From Eledone cirrhosa (Eukaryota): a stretch of DNA of 64,000 nt. The notes under the pieces are model-generated. The model ran no database searches, had not been told where the DNA came from, and saw nothing but the letters and a program-made list of their open reading frames with translations. The DNA is taken from the NCBI GenBank assembly GCA_964016885.1, contig OZ024741.1, positions 381,424,001-381,488,000 of the forward strand. Direction: 5' to 3'. Each line of letters opens with the position of its first letter. Within the stretch, counting starts at the first letter, position 1. The position numbers were made by a program, and so were the translations under genes. Of the stretch, positions 40,049 to 53,005 are shown in pieces.

Positions 40049-40200
40049 GGAAAAGAATGAAACGAAATTTCATTTCTCACTCTTAGTACGGCTGATAGTT
40101 AAATGTGAGTATGTATGTATACGTACATAAATATATGTATACAGACGTACATTAGTATGTATATATAAACATACATGCACACATACATGCACACATGTGT
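40045..40200 (-). repeat. Fragment of the HHR tandem-repeat family of 53006-54481 (inverted fragment at ~40486-40552)
   Basis: Shared GGAAAAGAATGAAACGAAATTTCATTTCTCACTCTTAGTACGGCTG...TATACAGACGTAC. Confidence 0.75.
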
Positions 40201-40266
40201 ATATATATATATATATATACACATGACAGTTGAAAATTGCAAACTTTACTGTCACCACACATTATG

Positions 40267-40301
40267 AACCTGAAGATTGCGAAAGCATGAAAGTACTTGT
40301 T
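40267..40301 (+). ncRNA. Minimal hammerhead motif
   Basis: AAC-CTGAAGA-T-TGC-GAAA-GCA-T-GAAA-GTAC-TT-GTT, with a palindromic stem III. Confidence 0.62.
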
Positions 40302-40553
40302 AAATTAACACTTAACATTTAATATTCTACCATACTATTTCATTCTAATACCATTATAAATTTTAAAGGATTGTAAATAAAACGCGTAAATCAGACAAAG
40401 TTGGAATTCCTTTTATTAATATAATCTTCTATACACAATCATACACACCCAGTATATTTATCTATCTATCTATATATATATATACATGTGTGCATGTATG
40501 CAATTATATACATACTACTGTACGTCTGTATACATATATGTATGTACTATACA

Positions 40554-40661
<108 letters not shown>

Positions 40662-40831
40662 ATAAATTTAATCTGAGAAAACATTCGATTAGTTTGCAAT
40701 TATGCAAACAACCCTTATTTTTAAATCCATGTCAGTAGGATGAACCCTTCATTATTGTTCTTGTATTGTCATGTAACATGCCAAGATTACAAAAACTGAG
40801 ATTACTTTTATTGTATTCAGCCATGTAGACC

Positions 40832-40882
<51 letters not shown>

Positions 40883-40887
<5 letters not shown>

Positions 40888-41484
40888 CCTCCTCACCAAG
40901 AAACCTTGGTGGGGTTGCCAGTTTAGTCGCCAACGACCCGACCATGAGACAGGTTGTACTGGGATACATGTTACCAGTAGCACCAAGTGGTGACCTGACA
41001 TCCTGCAGGACTAAAAACAAAACCTGTCAAAGGGCAAAGGAGCTCTTAAGAGTCAATGGCCATCCAAAATCACTGGGAGAGATGACCCCTTAGCCTTTGT
41101 CAAGGCAGAATTCTAGGAGAAGGAAAACTCTGATATAACACCTGCAACCCTGATGGTATCCAATGATGTTGACTTGTTCTTTTTTTTGGTAAATATCATC
41201 TTGGTTAAGAGAGTGGGACTGGCTTTGTGCAGTGCCTTTGCTCACTATAAAAGCTTCACGGCACAGGCATTGCTTTATATCTGGAGATCTCTCTGCACTT
41301 GTCGTCACATGGTACCATGGGCCCAGCACTATGTGTCATTGATTGTCACAGGTGTAGTGTTTGTACCAGAGTTTTCAAGTCGCTGGCTGGACTAAAAAGT
41401 CACACTCGTTCAGCGCATCGGTAGGGGTTCTCCTACATGGATATAAAGTGGTGGCCGTACTCGAAGACGAGTTGGCAGCCACCA
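40883..41484 (+). mobile_element. RTE-derived bipartite non-autonomous element (~600 bp)
   Basis: RTE-like 5' UTR motif CTAGGAGAAGGAAAACTCTGA, a C2H2 remnant [22 protein letters not shown] (41341-41424), a 3' hairpin and a microsatellite tail. Confidence 0.72.
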
Positions 41485-41540
41485 TGTATATATGTATGTA
41501 TGTATATATATATGTATGTATGTATGTGTATGTATATGTA

Positions 41541-42228
<688 letters not shown>

Positions 42229-42380
42229 TTCAAAGGTATTGTGTTGTTTTTCAGTACGTCTTCATCAGATGAAATATACTGGAACTGTATAACCAAGACC
42301 GTAGAGGTATGTCATATATCAAATCATATATTTTATCTGTTGAAGACGTACTGAAAAAAGAACACAGTACCTTTGAAATA
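42229..42380. repeat. ~50-bp inverted repeat embedded in (TA)n
   Basis: TTTCAAAGGTATTGTG..TTTTCAGTACGTCTTCATCAGAT / ATCTGTTGAAGACGTACTGAAAA..CACAGTACCTTTGAAA. Confidence 0.75.
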
Positions 42381-42390
42381 TATATATATA

Positions 42391-43232
42391 CAGGGTGTTT
42401 CAACAAATTTTATATCATTTCGCAATCTAATAACTTTGCCAGTTCCCGTTCAAATGACTTCAAATTTTAACAGCATGTGTAGAAACAGTTCAACATATCA
42501 TGTTTAATGTTTGATATGTTTATCTTTTCAGCTTTAGAAATAGAATTCACTCGAATTGATGAGGCCACATTTTATACGAATGGTAAAGTCAATAAGCATA
42601 ATGTTCACCAAAAGTGAATGTGTTCTGCGCTATCTCCAAGAAGCATCTTCATGGCCCGTTTTAATTTGAGGGACATGCGACCGGCGATGTTTATCTGCAA
42701 ATGCTTCAGAACTGGCTAATAGATGAGCCCATTGCAAATGAACATGAAGACTTCATTTTTCAACAGGATGGGGCTCCACATCACTGGAAGCTCACTGTGC
42801 GGGCTTATCTCAGTGACAATCTGCGAGGGAGATGGATCGGGCGTGCTGGTGATAAAGACAATGTGTTGTTGAAATGGCCGCCACGTTCACCTGACCTGAC
42901 ACCTTGCGAGTTTTTCTCTTGGCTATGTGATGGGCCTGGTCTATGTCCCCCATCTTCCTGCAAACCTAGAGGAAATCAATCAGAGAATCACTATCGCACT
43001 GGAGACAGTTACCTAAGACATGTTGCATGTGTGACGTGTCTCGGGCGGTGCGCATATTGAACATTTGTGAAATCGTTCATGGAATCCACAGACCTTTGAA
43101 TATCTCATTCAAATTTGGAGGAATAAATCTTATATTGTTCAACATTAACCCTGTTTAGTTTCATTTGCTTTGACTATGTCGTTTCTGTGATATTTACGTC
43201 TCAAATGATATCAAATCTTTTGAAACACCCTG
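42391..43232 (+). mobile_element. Tc1/mariner DNA transposon, internally deleted (rosa/DD41D-like)
   Basis: ~30-bp TIRs CAGGGTGTTTCAA..ATTT.ATATCATTT with TA on both sides. Transposase motifs DEATF, FQQDGAPHH, RWIGR and WPPRSPDLTPC. Confidence 0.9.
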
Positions 43233-43238
43233 TATATA

Positions 43239-43291
<53 letters not shown>

Positions 43292-43294
<3 letters not shown>

Positions 43295-43443
43295 TGAATA
43301 TAGATGAGATTCTACAGAACTAGAACTGTTTCATTCTTTAGAAATCATCAGGAATCTCATCTATATTAAAACTGTTATACCCTGCAATGTATTGAGTACC
43401 TTACTTACTGTGGTTACCTCCGATTCAACCCGCAATAACCCGC
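43292..43443. mobile_element. Fold-back PLE terminus with an HHR core (43315-43351, -)
   Basis: Reverse strand reads CTGATGA-TTTC-TAAA-GAAT-GAAA-CAGT-TC. Inverted arms 43292-43312 and 43352-43373. Confidence 0.6.
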
Positions 43444-43536
<93 letters not shown>

Positions 43537-43540
43537 ATTT

Positions 43541-43889
43541 ATATATTAATAATTGGAAACGATATTTATAAAACCATAATTATTTTATTATATATATTTC
43601 ATGGGCAGTAAGGCAAATTATGGTGCGCTTTCACTGTTAAGGTTGTCTTTTTTCCGGGTATGTCGATATTTATTTATAAAATAAATCTGTATTTTATCTG
43701 ACGAAAGCGCACCATAATTTGCTTTGGTTGCCGTTGAAATATATATAATAAAATAATTATGCTTTTATAAATATAGTTTCCATTTATTAATATATTGAAT
43801 ATTTACTTCACTAAGCTGTTGAGTGCTTTATATCAGTTATATAATGTTTAAGCTTGTTGAATCCCAACAAATTAAATATAAACTCTGCA
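43541..43889. mobile_element. Fold-back PLE-type terminus
   Basis: Inverted arms ~43543-43632 and ~43703-43794. HHR-like TTTTAT-CTGACGA...GAAA-TATA-TA..ATAAAA with an unclear stem II. Confidence 0.5.
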
Positions 43890-45492
43890 TATATATATAT
43901 ATATATATATATATACCATTTCCTGTCAGCATGACTTGGCAATATATTTCGAACACTGGTTTAACCGCTTTACTTCCCTCCTAAGAAGGGATATTATCTC
44001 GAAAATTAAGAACATTTAAATAAATCTAAGGTAAAAGACTAATTGTCAACAATATCTTTTGCATTTGCATACCTGCATTGTTTGGGCTTTATTATACATA
44101 TACAAACGTTTATATATATATAAGTTAAAAAAATGATATATATTGAACTTAGAAACTCAAAATAGTCTCTTACAATAAAATAACTCTGGGAAAGAGATTT
44201 TTCCCAGCCGTATATTATAATTGAATATAAAAGAAACACGAACACAGATATATACATATATGTGCTCAAATCGTAACTCGCTGCTATTTTTAGTGGTGTG
44301 AGACACGCTATGTTCAGATACCATGTGCGTTATTATAATATACGCAAACTATTCAGATTTTTAATATACTTAGACGTGTCCAGGATACTAATACTTCATC
44401 CACTGAATGAGAAAGAATCGGTATTCCTCTTCACAATTAATTTTGCGAAACAACTGACCAAAGGTGTCTGGGTGATTGGTAGTTTCCACAATTCCGGTTT
44501 GTATTTATTTTCTTGCTTTATTCTTAAATTAAGTCTGGTAAACCCTATTGTCTATAGTTAGTATTCTTTTCACTTTAGCGAATCCAGTCCCTTACGAGTT
44601 GAACACATATATGTACATCTCTCCCTCTCTCTCTGTCTCTCTCTATATATATATATATATAAAGAATTAGTATATCTACCAACATATATAGTATATATAG
44701 TAATGTACAGTGGTGTATATATATATATACCACGTCTTGACCAAACAAAATATAATATTTTCACCCAAAACTGCCCTTTAAACACATGTCAGATGGATTA
44801 CAATATTCATTATTACAACTACTTTGACTGTTCCCTGACAAATAGTACCAGTTTCAAGATAGAATTATCTTAACGAAGTATATATAATTTGACTTGATTT
44901 TCGCCAACAAACCACGTGTGGACATGAACGGGAAAAAAGGAAAAAAACAAAACAAATCACTACATTCCTTAAGGATCGCAGTAAGTACTCCACAAAACAT
45001 ATAAACAACAATATAACACAGATTTATATACAGATACATACCATATGCATATACACACACGTGAAAAGAAACCACACTATTTCGTGTGAGACACTATACC
45101 GGCCAATTTTACCAATTTATATTGGTAAAATATTTCTTAACATTGACTTCTCTTCTAACCCACATACACCTTTTAATTATATATATATACTAGCAGCTGA
45201 AAGTTAATAATTTGAAAAAAAAGAAAAAAATATCATTGAAAGTTTATCATAAAGAAGCAGTATCAGGGAAAACAAAAAAAAACGTTATTTCGCCGTTAAT
45301 AAACAACTGCCTTCTACAGTACGTTTCATTTAACTTACACAGCATATTTATTTGTTTACATGCACATACTCATCTACACACACACAACATTTAGGAAAAC
45401 GGAAACAAAATACACAAAAAAACAGACATTTTATTTCTATAGTAATCAAGTGCGCTAAACCTATATTGTTTACATTCTGTGTTTTTCTACGG

Positions 45493-46794
45493 ATGGGTAG
45501 AAATAACAAAATTGCCATGGTGATATCCATCGATGAAATATGCGACAAAACCGGCCGATGTCCCAAAATAGAACATTGCCCAGAAAATCACATCTGCCAT
45601 ATCTGTGCGGAACCCGAAAACTCGTTCCGGAATCGTTGTGTCGAATGTGGAACCTGTCGCATCTCTGTCTGCCTTCAATGCGCCACAGGCTTCCGGAGGA
45701 TCCCAGGCCAAAAAAAGAGACATCATAATGCTATGATGGATGGAATATGGGAGATGGTCCAGCTAAAATCCTGGTCCTTTCAGTGTCTGGCCTGTGTGCC
45801 TGCCTCCACTAATGTTATTGAAAAACAACAACAACAACAACAACAAAAACCAATGACTGTGTCTTCCTCTACCATTGTTACTGAACAACGGCAGCAACCT
45901 ATGACACTGGCTTCTACTGCTGTTCCTGTGGGAGAACATCAGAAACAACAATGATCCATGTCTTCCACTCCCAGTACATCTCGACACCAACAACTGGTGA
46001 CTGTGTCTTCCCCTACCATTCCCGTGGAGGAACATCATCATCACCAACAACAACAAAAACAAGAGCAACAACCTGCGACTGTGTCCTCCCCTGCCATTCC
46101 CGTGGAGGAACATCATCATCACCAACAACGACAGCAGCAGCAGCAACAACAACAACAACAACCGACCAGTACAGATTTTGCGGAACTGCAACTAATGATT
46201 TCTGCTCTGAGAAGGGAAGTTGCAGGAATAGAGGCAAGCATTCGGGTAGGACCCCACAATGAGGGGTCTTATCGGAATGCCTTGCTAAAGAATCTCCCTG
46301 TACCTCTTGCTGAAAAGACTGAAAAGACTGCGGAATCTGCTACCTATGAAGTGATTGCCATTGGGGTACCAGAGGACAAGGCTGATCTTCAGGCATTTGC
46401 TGCCAGCTCAGCCAAAGACCTAGGTTGTGTTCCTCCAAAGGGTGCTCTCCGCCTTGGTCGACCTGGTCTAAAACACAGACTCATCAGGCTGTCTTTTTCG
46501 GACCCCGCAGAGGCAACCTCATATCATCTGGCCTCTGCTAAAGCTGGGCGTGAAAATCGGATTACCTTCCGAACACGCCCAGGCCTACCATCCCATGTAC
46601 GTCCAAAGCTACGTGCTGCAGCTTCCTTGAATCGGAACTCAGCACAAGATGAAAGTTTTAGTCTGCGTGATGATGGGCAGATCTGGAGGTTTTTCAAGGC
46701 TGGTGAAACGTGGAAGAGAGATACCAGCTGGTCTGAGTGTGATCTACCCACAATAACTGGCAATGTAAAAACTGCTACAACTCTGGGAAACTAA
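45493..46794 (+). pseudogene. LINE ORF1: PHD-like Cys cluster, Gln/His-rich repeats, coiled coil, RRM-like C-terminus
   Basis: CHIC...CGTC-x4-CLQC...WSFQCLAC, VIAIGVPE, RLGR. A single in-frame TGA at 45952-45954 joins ORF-track pieces 45352 and 45958. Confidence 0.75.
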
Positions 46795-49616
46795 ACCAGA
46801 ACAACCTGCCACCCTCTACACACCATCATAAACTGCGAGCAGGGTACAAATTGTTGTCCTTAAATGCTCGCAGTTTATGCAACAAGATACATCTGTTCGA
46901 ATCCTACGTCAGAAGCATCGACCCTGACTTCATCACAGTCACGGAAACAGGGGCACATTCCTTACTCTGTGATGGGGTTTTCAGCATTACTGGGTACAAC
47001 CTTTTCCGCAAGGACCGCATTAACTGCCGTGGTGATGGTGTGATGGTCTACGTTCGTTCAAACTTTTCGGTAATTCCTGGCGTTGATTTTAACGAATCAC
47101 AGGAAGAAGTTTTTTTCTGTGACATACGTATGACCATGTCAACACTTCTGCTTGGTGTTGTTTATCGCCCCCCAAACTACCATCAGGACACACAGCTTTG
47201 CGATATCCTCAGAGTTGCTGCCAAGAAAACAGCCACTTATGTGTTTATTGCAGGTGACTTCAATCATCCTGAGATCGATTGGGAAACCTTTCGTTGGCCA
47301 CAAGGTGCAAACGATTTCCTTGAACTAGTGCTGGACTCAAACTGGTCACAAGTAGTCACCTCTCCAACAAGAGGTGACAACACTTTGGACCTGATCTTCA
47401 CCACTACTCCTGAAGTGGTTATCAGTTGTACTACTGAGGAACCTCTAGGCAACTCTGATCATGCTATGATCATTGCCAATCTGGCACTTGAGGGCAGCAA
47501 CAAAAACCAGAGCCATCTCCAATCTGCTTGCTTTGATTGGAAGAGGGCGGATTGGAACTTGTACTGCACTGAGCAGCAGCGCCCAAACTGGCATGAGATG
47601 TATAACTCTGGAGATGTGAACTCTATACTCCAGAGCATCCTGGACTAAATATGGATAGCGTGTGCAGCATCAGTGCCACGGAAGCGGAAAAATAACCACC
47701 CCAAAAGTGCAATCTGGGAAACTTCAGCGGTCCGACATGCCAGGAAAGAACGTCGGAACACTGAACGGGAATATAAACTGCATAAATCAGATGCCAACAG
47801 AAAAAAGCGGAATAAATCTTCTAACCATCTCAAGCAAGTGACAAAGAAGGCAGTGCTTGAATTTGAACAGTGCATAGTAACCAATCCTGACAGTAAGGTG
47901 TTCTGGAAGTATGTTCATTCAAAGCAGATACCTCACTCTCCAGTTGGTCCTCTTCGCAATCCCCACACAAGCCAGATCACTGATGATCCCAAGGAATACG
48001 CAGAACTCATTGCTGAGTGCTATGCAAGTATTTTTACTGTTGAAAACCAGAATGTACCATCTCCACCATCTCTAACATCAAATTCCATAACAACTATGGA
48101 ATTTACACCTGCAATGTTGCGACGTCACCTTAAGAATAAGCGCAACTATGCCTCCCCTGGTCTTGATGGTGTGACATACCTGCTTCTCAAACGTGGCGGG
48201 TATGTCCTTTTGCGCCAGCTTTCTTTCTTCTTTCAATACTGTCTCAACAATGGTGCTACTCCGGAGCAGTGGAAAACTGCCAGTGTCATTCCCCTGTTCA
48301 AAAAGGGCAACCGCATGTCACCTGTCAACTATCGTCCAGTCAGTCTTACTAGCTGTATGGCCAAACTGATGGAATCCTCTGTCAGAGAAACACTTTGGAA
48401 CTTCTGGAGCTCTCACAGCCTCATCCGGCCCTCACGGTTTGGATTTATCCCCAACTCCAGCTGCTGTGATCAGCTTATCGAGTTCCTTGAGGACATCACC
48501 CGGATCACTGACAGCGGCTCATGGGTGGATGTTGTTTACCTTGACTTTGCTAAGACTTTTAATTCTGTGCCACACAAAAGACTTATGGCAAAACTCTCTG
48601 CAATGGGTGTGAGGGATGATCTTTTCGACTGGTTGAAATCCTTCATTCTCAGCCGAAAAGACGTAGTCACGGTTCTAGGTCAGCATTCTTCACCATATGA
48701 GATGTCATCTGGTGTACCACAGGGATCTGTTCTTGGTCCTCTTTTGTTTGTGGCTTATATTAATGACATAGATGCCAACTTACAGAATGCCACGGTACTA
48801 AAATATGCAGATGACATCAAGCTGTACCTTGAAATCAAATGGACTTATCCTGAGATTTACAACTCTTTCCTACAATCAGACCTGGACACAATGCAGCAAT
48901 GGATCACAGACTGGCAACTGAAGCTGGCTGTGGACAAGTGTACCACCATGCATTTTGGAAGGAAAAATCCAGCCTCCACATACTCCCTCCACAACACTAA
49001 TATCAAAAAGTCCTCTTGTGAACGTGACCTGGGCATTACTGTCAGAAACGATTTGCGTTGGACAAAGCATGTCTCTAAGATTGTCAAGAAAGCCGAGGGT
49101 GTCTTGGCATCACTCAGCAAGACCTTTGTTAGCCGCTCTCCAGCCATCTATTTAAAACTGTATACAGCTATGGTGCGACCACACTTGGAATTCGCATCAT
49201 CAGTCTGGAACCCCTATCTTGCTCAGAACATTGACCTCCTGGAAACTGTTCAGAGACGTGCAACCAAGCGCATACCCTCCATCAGACACCTACCATACTC
49301 TGAACGCCTTGCTTCCCTGGGCATGGATTCATTGAAGCTCCGACGTCTGGCAATGGACTTGGTGAATACCCACAAAGTTTTTAACCATCTCGCCAATTGC
49401 AACCCTGAGCGCCTCTTTGATCTCCATGTGTCTAACACACGTGGACATGCCTACAAGATCAGAAAACAGCACAGCTCCGATGACTTTCGTAGACATTTTT
49501 TCACGCTCAGAGTTGCTGAAGCATGGAACAAACTGCCTGCGTCAATTGTTAGCTGCCGAGACACTGCATCCTTTAAGACACTCATGCTTCCCGAAATACG
49601 CCAAAACTACACCTGA
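46785..49616 (+). pseudogene. LINE ORF2: apurinic-like endonuclease + reverse transcriptase
   Basis: NARSL, VTET, VYRPP, GDFN, LDLIF, SDH; SPGLDG, NYRPVSL, YLDFAK, GVPQGSVLGP, YADD, RPHLE. Single in-frame TAA at 47646-47648. Confidence 0.9.
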
Positions 49617-49886
49617 TGTACCCCTTCCATACACATGCACACGTGTGTGTATCATGACTCGTGCACTGTTCATTTTGCTGATGTTTGTGCATTGCCCTAT
49701 GTACTGTACATGCACTTTTTTGATGAGTTGTGGTGCACCTGGGCACCGTACACAATATTTCATTATTGTTATTGTTATTATATCATGACTCATACACTGT
49801 TCATTTTCCTGACACTTTATTATTCTATGTACTATACATGCACCTTTGATGAGTTGTAGTGCACCTGAGCACTGTACACAATAATT

Positions 49887-49910
<24 letters not shown>

Positions 49911-49920
<10 letters not shown>

Positions 49921-50277
49921 GATGTATACCTATGCTAGCAAATATATAGGTTTTGTCTTAGTAACTTTGTGGTTCAATGCAAGGGGATGCAGAACAATTA
50001 TATGAAAGACGTAAAATAAGAAAATTATAAATCAGTGAGGAGTGGGGGTGCTAATAAGACAGTAGCCTGGCTATTACTATGAAGCATAGCAGTAGTTTTG
50101 GCAAATTTTTGCTCAACAAAATAATTTGGAGATAATTATAAAGAATTAGTATATCTACCAACATATATATATATACAGATGTATAGCTATGCTAGCAAAT
50201 ATATAGGTTTTGTCTTAGTAACTTTGTGGGTCAATGCAAGGGGATGCAAAACAATTATATGAAAGACGTAAAATAAT
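49911..50277 (+). repeat. Local tandem duplication (~260-bp period) whose first unit is split by the LINE
   Basis: 44661-44690 plus 49911-50020 matches 50140-50277. Confidence 0.85.
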
Positions 50278-50320
50278 TTTAGTAAGTAAGTAAATTTTCA
50301 TAATTTTCTTATTTTACGTC

Positions 50321-50380
<60 letters not shown>

Positions 50381-50579
50381 GACGTAAACTAAGAAAATTA
50401 TAAAAATACATTGTAGGTCGCTTTAACCCGTCTATTATTATTCAAAAAGACTTCTTGCCGATAAACATTAACCCTTTGTGCGCGATTCATCTAACTGTAG
50501 ACCAACACATACCAAGTAAACAGAGCGTTGACAAGAACGATGGCAAATGAATCTTCGAGGTAAACAGTTTCCTCCCGAG

Positions 50580-50705
50580 TTGTTAGATCTTCTGAAACTA
50601 AAAAAATTAATCTGTGAACGCAGAAGTAAATATTTCGAGAAACGTTGCAACCGAAGGAAAACAGGAAGACGATATTTTGGTTCGTGAAGACGTTCCCTGG
50701 TAATG
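50580..50705 (-). mobile_element. Fragment homologous to the internal part of the Helitron-like element at 60397-62170
   Basis: Reverse complement of ~60615-60722 (AATATTTACTTCTGCGTTCACAGATTAATT). Confidence 0.6.
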
Positions 50706-51057
50706 AACGGTAAAAAAGCAAGGATAATACGTCGTTTTGTGGACCGAGAAGAACAATGTTATGCACAGACAAGACAGAGTTTATGATATAAATGGAGTCG
50801 TTAGACTAATATTCTATTTAAAATAACAGAATGATTTCCATCCCCGGAGTTTAAGAATGATGTAAATAAAATTGAAAACGAAAATGACAGAGGTTACTAA
50901 AATAGTAAAAGTAAATAGTGAATATTTAGGCCAGTACATACGTATGCCCCAAAAGACATACACATACATACGCACACACAAATACATACACACCGACAAA
51001 CACACACACACACATACACATACACACACACACACACACGCACACGCGCACGCGCAC

Positions 51058-51500
51058 GCGTATGTAAAGGCCTTATGCATTTCTACAGTATGTTCACCAA
51101 ACTTAAGACATAGGTTACTTATGTACTCCGGATGGTCATAGGCACTTTCATTTTTCCAGATATTGATTATAGGGCCTCATGGCAGATAACCCCCTGTAAC
51201 AACTTCCTTGAAGTCGACTGAAGCACAGCAATGCAATGCAACAAAACGTCATAACTTCTGGAGTTCGCAACCGATTTTCACAAAACTTGACACATGGGCT
51301 ACGTTTGTCCTACAGATGAACGTGAACTCTCAGAATTGGCAGATATTGAATAAGGGATTCCTGGGGGGCAGGAACCCCCTTTTGCAAAAAGCCGATGATT
51401 TTGTAAAAGTATAGTTTTCGGCGCAGCCCTGAGGTATTGGCATACATGTTATACACAACTACTATTTAATACTCGAGTCACGCCGGGTACCTCTGCAAGT
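51058..51500 (+). mobile_element. Non-autonomous Helitron-like element
   Basis: 3' end CTCGAGTCACGCCGGGTACCTCTGCAAGT resembles a hairpin + CTAGT terminus. Internal ACCGATTTTCACAAAACTT motif. Confidence 0.45.
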
Positions 51501-51531
51501 ATATATATATATATATATACATATATATATG

Positions 51532-52143
51532 ATGGCTGTCCCCTCGTTATCGAGTATGGCTATTGCACGTTATACCATTATTAATAATTATTAATAATTC
51601 TATCGTGCAATGCCTGTACGTGAAGATATTTTTTAAATTAAGGAGAGATTGTGCACTGAGCCAATCCCACTCTCTGAGCGACAGTAGCTATAACCCGAAA
51701 AGAAGAAAAGATCAACATAATCACTAACTACTGAGCCGCAGGTTTTATATCAGGGTCATCCCACTTTCCCGAGTTCTAGAACAATACCCTGACAAAAGCT
51801 AGAGGTCCTTCACTCCCAGTTGTTTAACCGCACGATCGGGTGTCCAGACCGAACTTTTCTATGTCCCCACCAAAATACATACACATGCACCCATACATAT
51901 ACACATATACACATACATATGTACATGTGTATATACATATTTACACACTTTTTGATGGCCGTTGACACTTATGAGTTCTTCCGCCCTTTGTCAGTTTTTT
52001 TTTTCTGTTCTGCAGAGTGTCCAAAATCACCCTCCTCACCAAGTAAACTTGGTGGGGTTGCCGGTTTAGTCGCCGACGATCCGACCATGTGACACGTTGT
52101 ACTGGTTTACATGTTACCAGTAGCACTCAAGAATGACCCGACA
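51532..52143 (-). mobile_element. RTE-derived bipartite element (inverted-head type) with an internal microsatellite
   Basis: Head, linker and body are homologous to 40883-41290. 3' end GCCATACTCGATAACGAGGGGACAGCCAT. Confidence 0.68.
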
Positions 52144-52469
52144 TACGTGCAAACACATATATATACACGCGTATATACGTAAATACACGGGCATACGCGA
52201 ATACAGAAGCCATACATATACAAGCACATACGCATAAACACGCGTACACGTACGTAAACCAGTCAAAAATATACACATATCCACATATATATATATATAC
52301 ACACACCCGCATACCTGCACAAGACACATATGTTCATACATACGTACACGAATACACGTACATACATACGTGCATACATACGTACATACATACGTACATA
52401 CATACGTACATACATTCGTGCATACACACATACACGCACATATATACACATAACTCATATTTGCTCTAC

Positions 52470-52505
<36 letters not shown>

Positions 52506-52874
52506 GTTGGTAGAAATCCATAGATGATAGATCGAGGAAAAGAGTGGTCGATCTGTTGGAAGAGAGCTTATTTAGTGGTTTCATACACCTAACATGGATG
52601 TGCTACCAATGGTTTGAAACGATTTTATATATATCTTTCAAAATTGATGTAGTATATATTCAAATGAAAACATTAAACGTTGGTGTAACGTTGAATGGAA
52701 AAGATTTAAAGAGGTAAAAAGATTTCTCGTATTTGTTTTTGTTAATTCTGATGAATCCAATCTTTTGTTCATCTAATTGATTAAATAATAATTAATTATA
52801 TGTCATATCATGTGTAACAAACATGCGTTAATTACAATATAATATAATTTACTGTGATTTTCTTCGTGTCAATG

Positions 52875-52946
<72 letters not shown>

Positions 52947-52965
52947 CATTGAAAAGAAGAAAATC

Positions 52966-52996
<31 letters not shown>

Positions 52997-53005
52997 TATA
53001 TATAT

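Larger units (their letters stand above)
44691..49910 (+). mobile_element. CR1/L2-group (Jockey superclade) LINE, apparently full length
   Basis: ORF1 + APE-RT ORF2 + 3' UTR with (ATT)n tail. Boundaries are taken from the empty-site paralog at 50140-50277. Confidence 0.85.

Noticed and set aside
42240-42272. CTGATGA...GAAA on the minus strand
   Set aside because: No credible stem II or stem III, so it is kept only as an inverted repeat.
45352-46794. Gln/His-rich zinc-finger host transcription factor
   Set aside because: It lies directly upstream of and overlaps APE-RT inside one insertion, so it is LINE ORF1.
50295-50402. Short inverted repeat around (TA)n as a MITE
   Set aside because: The arms copy the adjacent local duplication (ATGAAAGACGTAAAATAAGAAAATTAT), which fits a microsatellite-mediated fold-back better.
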